NCBI RefSeq assembly: GCF_006345805.1
Contig: NC_042997.1
Span: 138,322,001 to 138,386,000 of the forward strand
Source of the DNA: Octopus sinensis
Lineage: Eukaryota
Direction: 5' to 3'
DNA: 64,000 bases
Positions 63,002 to 64,000 of this stretch are shown here, piece after piece. The stretch's first letter is position 1, and each line of letters begins with the position of its first letter. A program made the position numbers and the translations under genes. The notes beneath the pieces were generated by a model that worked only from the letters and a program-made list of their open reading frames with translations, had not been told where the DNA came from and searched no databases.

Positions 63002-63002
<1 letters not shown>
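62474..63002 (+). mobile_element. CR1-group LINE 3' fragment, same family as 293-1096
   Basis: ADLEAIQRRFTKKI..LKLYSLERRRERYAVIYIWKIL..GPQLCNILPKSLRNLH. It has a stop codon and a small deletion, and the same 3' UTR tail at 62954-62992. Confidence 0.88.
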
Positions 63003-63063
<61 letters not shown>

Positions 63064-63194
63064 TACATATATGTAATGTACATGATATACATTATATTAT
63101 ATATATATTACATATTATATATATGTTATATATATCATATATATTATATAAATATTACATATATATGTTATATATTATGTATATATTATATATA

Positions 63195-64000
63195 GATATA
63201 TATAAATTAGAGAAAAACCACTATTATGCAATTCAAACAATGATAGACATAAACCAAAACATAAATGAAAAATGAAATATATTTTTTAAAACAACTAGAT
63301 CACAAAAAGTACAAAAATGAATAAACAATATATAAGTAAAAAAATCTACGTACGTTTCATGTCTATAATTTAAATTCGAATTACAATTAAATTTAAATTT
63401 AATCAAAAACAATTCAGTTTAAAATTATAGTCACTCTTCAGGTTAACAACAATAATAACAATAATAGTTAAATAAACAAGCAAATAGAATTAAACAATAT
63501 TTCTTAAAGAAATAAAATCATGATTTTCTTATAGAAGAAACTCCATTAACTAAATTTGAAACTTAAAACATTCGGACCAGTTACCTACAATACATTTATT
63601 ATGTTAAATATTTAAGGTAAAAAAATAGAGTAAACAGATAGAAAAACGTATTTATCTATGAAGAAATAATTTAGTTTAATAAAAAAAACAATAATAAACT
63701 ATAGAATATCTTTAACCTAGCTATACTCTAATATTTAATTACCAAACTATTTTACAAAACAATCACTCTTAATATTTTTAGATTTTAGTTCACATATAAT
63801 ATAATTATAAAATAATAAATTTATATAAAAGTACGTATCTAAATTATAATCAACAAATATATTAATTAAAAATCTACATTTTTTCAATCAATAAACATAT
63901 AAATAATTAGATAAATAAATTACTCCTTTATTACTTAAATAAATATTATAGATATCATTCCGAAAATATTTATGAAATAAAAAATAAAGCTAAATATTTG
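63195..64000 (-). mobile_element. Extremely AT-rich hammerhead-bearing element, copy 2 (runs off the window end)
   Basis: It has the same terminal motif at about 63199-63236 and a hammerhead at a similar distance from it (about 145 versus 167 nt). The intervening sequence has diverged. Confidence 0.55.
63343..63446 (-). ncRNA. Second copy of the AT-rich-family hammerhead, partly degenerate
   Basis: The minus strand reads TAAC-CTGAAGA-GTGACTATAATTT...AAATTATAGACAT-GAAA-C GTAC G-TA/GATT. The core is intact, stem II is long and imperfect, stem III is the perfect palindrome ACGUACGU and the triplet is GUA. Stem I has a mismatch or bulge. Confidence 0.68.

Noticed and set aside
54507-64000. Search for the next NDRG exon (should begin AT/AC completing His, then a CF..FF-like motif)
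   Set aside because: The candidate acceptors I checked (about 54638, 59139, 59445, 59828) hit stops within a few codons, so the exon probably lies beyond the window.

Overview
AT-rich animal genomic DNA, dense in microsatellites and transposon relics. The SINE/LINE repertoire and composition suggest a cephalopod (octopus-like); this is inference and was not checked against any database. The only host gene I can support is an NDRG-family gene on the + strand. Two coding exons lie at 47811-47906 and 54407-54506, and the gene continues beyond the window. Several short ATG-to-donor segments upstream would splice in frame onto the first of these exons and are candidate alternative first exons. The rest is mobile DNA: CR1-, RTE-, Rex3/Expander- and HERO-like LINE fragments, Tc1 and DD37D transposon relics, piggyBac-like MITEs, several tRNA-derived SINE families and large TA-rich arrays. 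The main discovery is three minus-strand type I hammerhead ribozyme motifs (26266-26308, 56175-56269, 63343-63446). Each has the 8-nt (near-)palindromic stem III typical of dimer-cleaving ribozymes of Penelope-like elements. One sits in a complete 411-bp non-coding insert with a terminal redundancy and a target-site duplication (retrozyme-like). The other two sit in an extremely AT-rich family where the ribozyme arms are almost the only GC-containing sequence. All alignments and folds were done by eye, and repeat boundaries are approximate.
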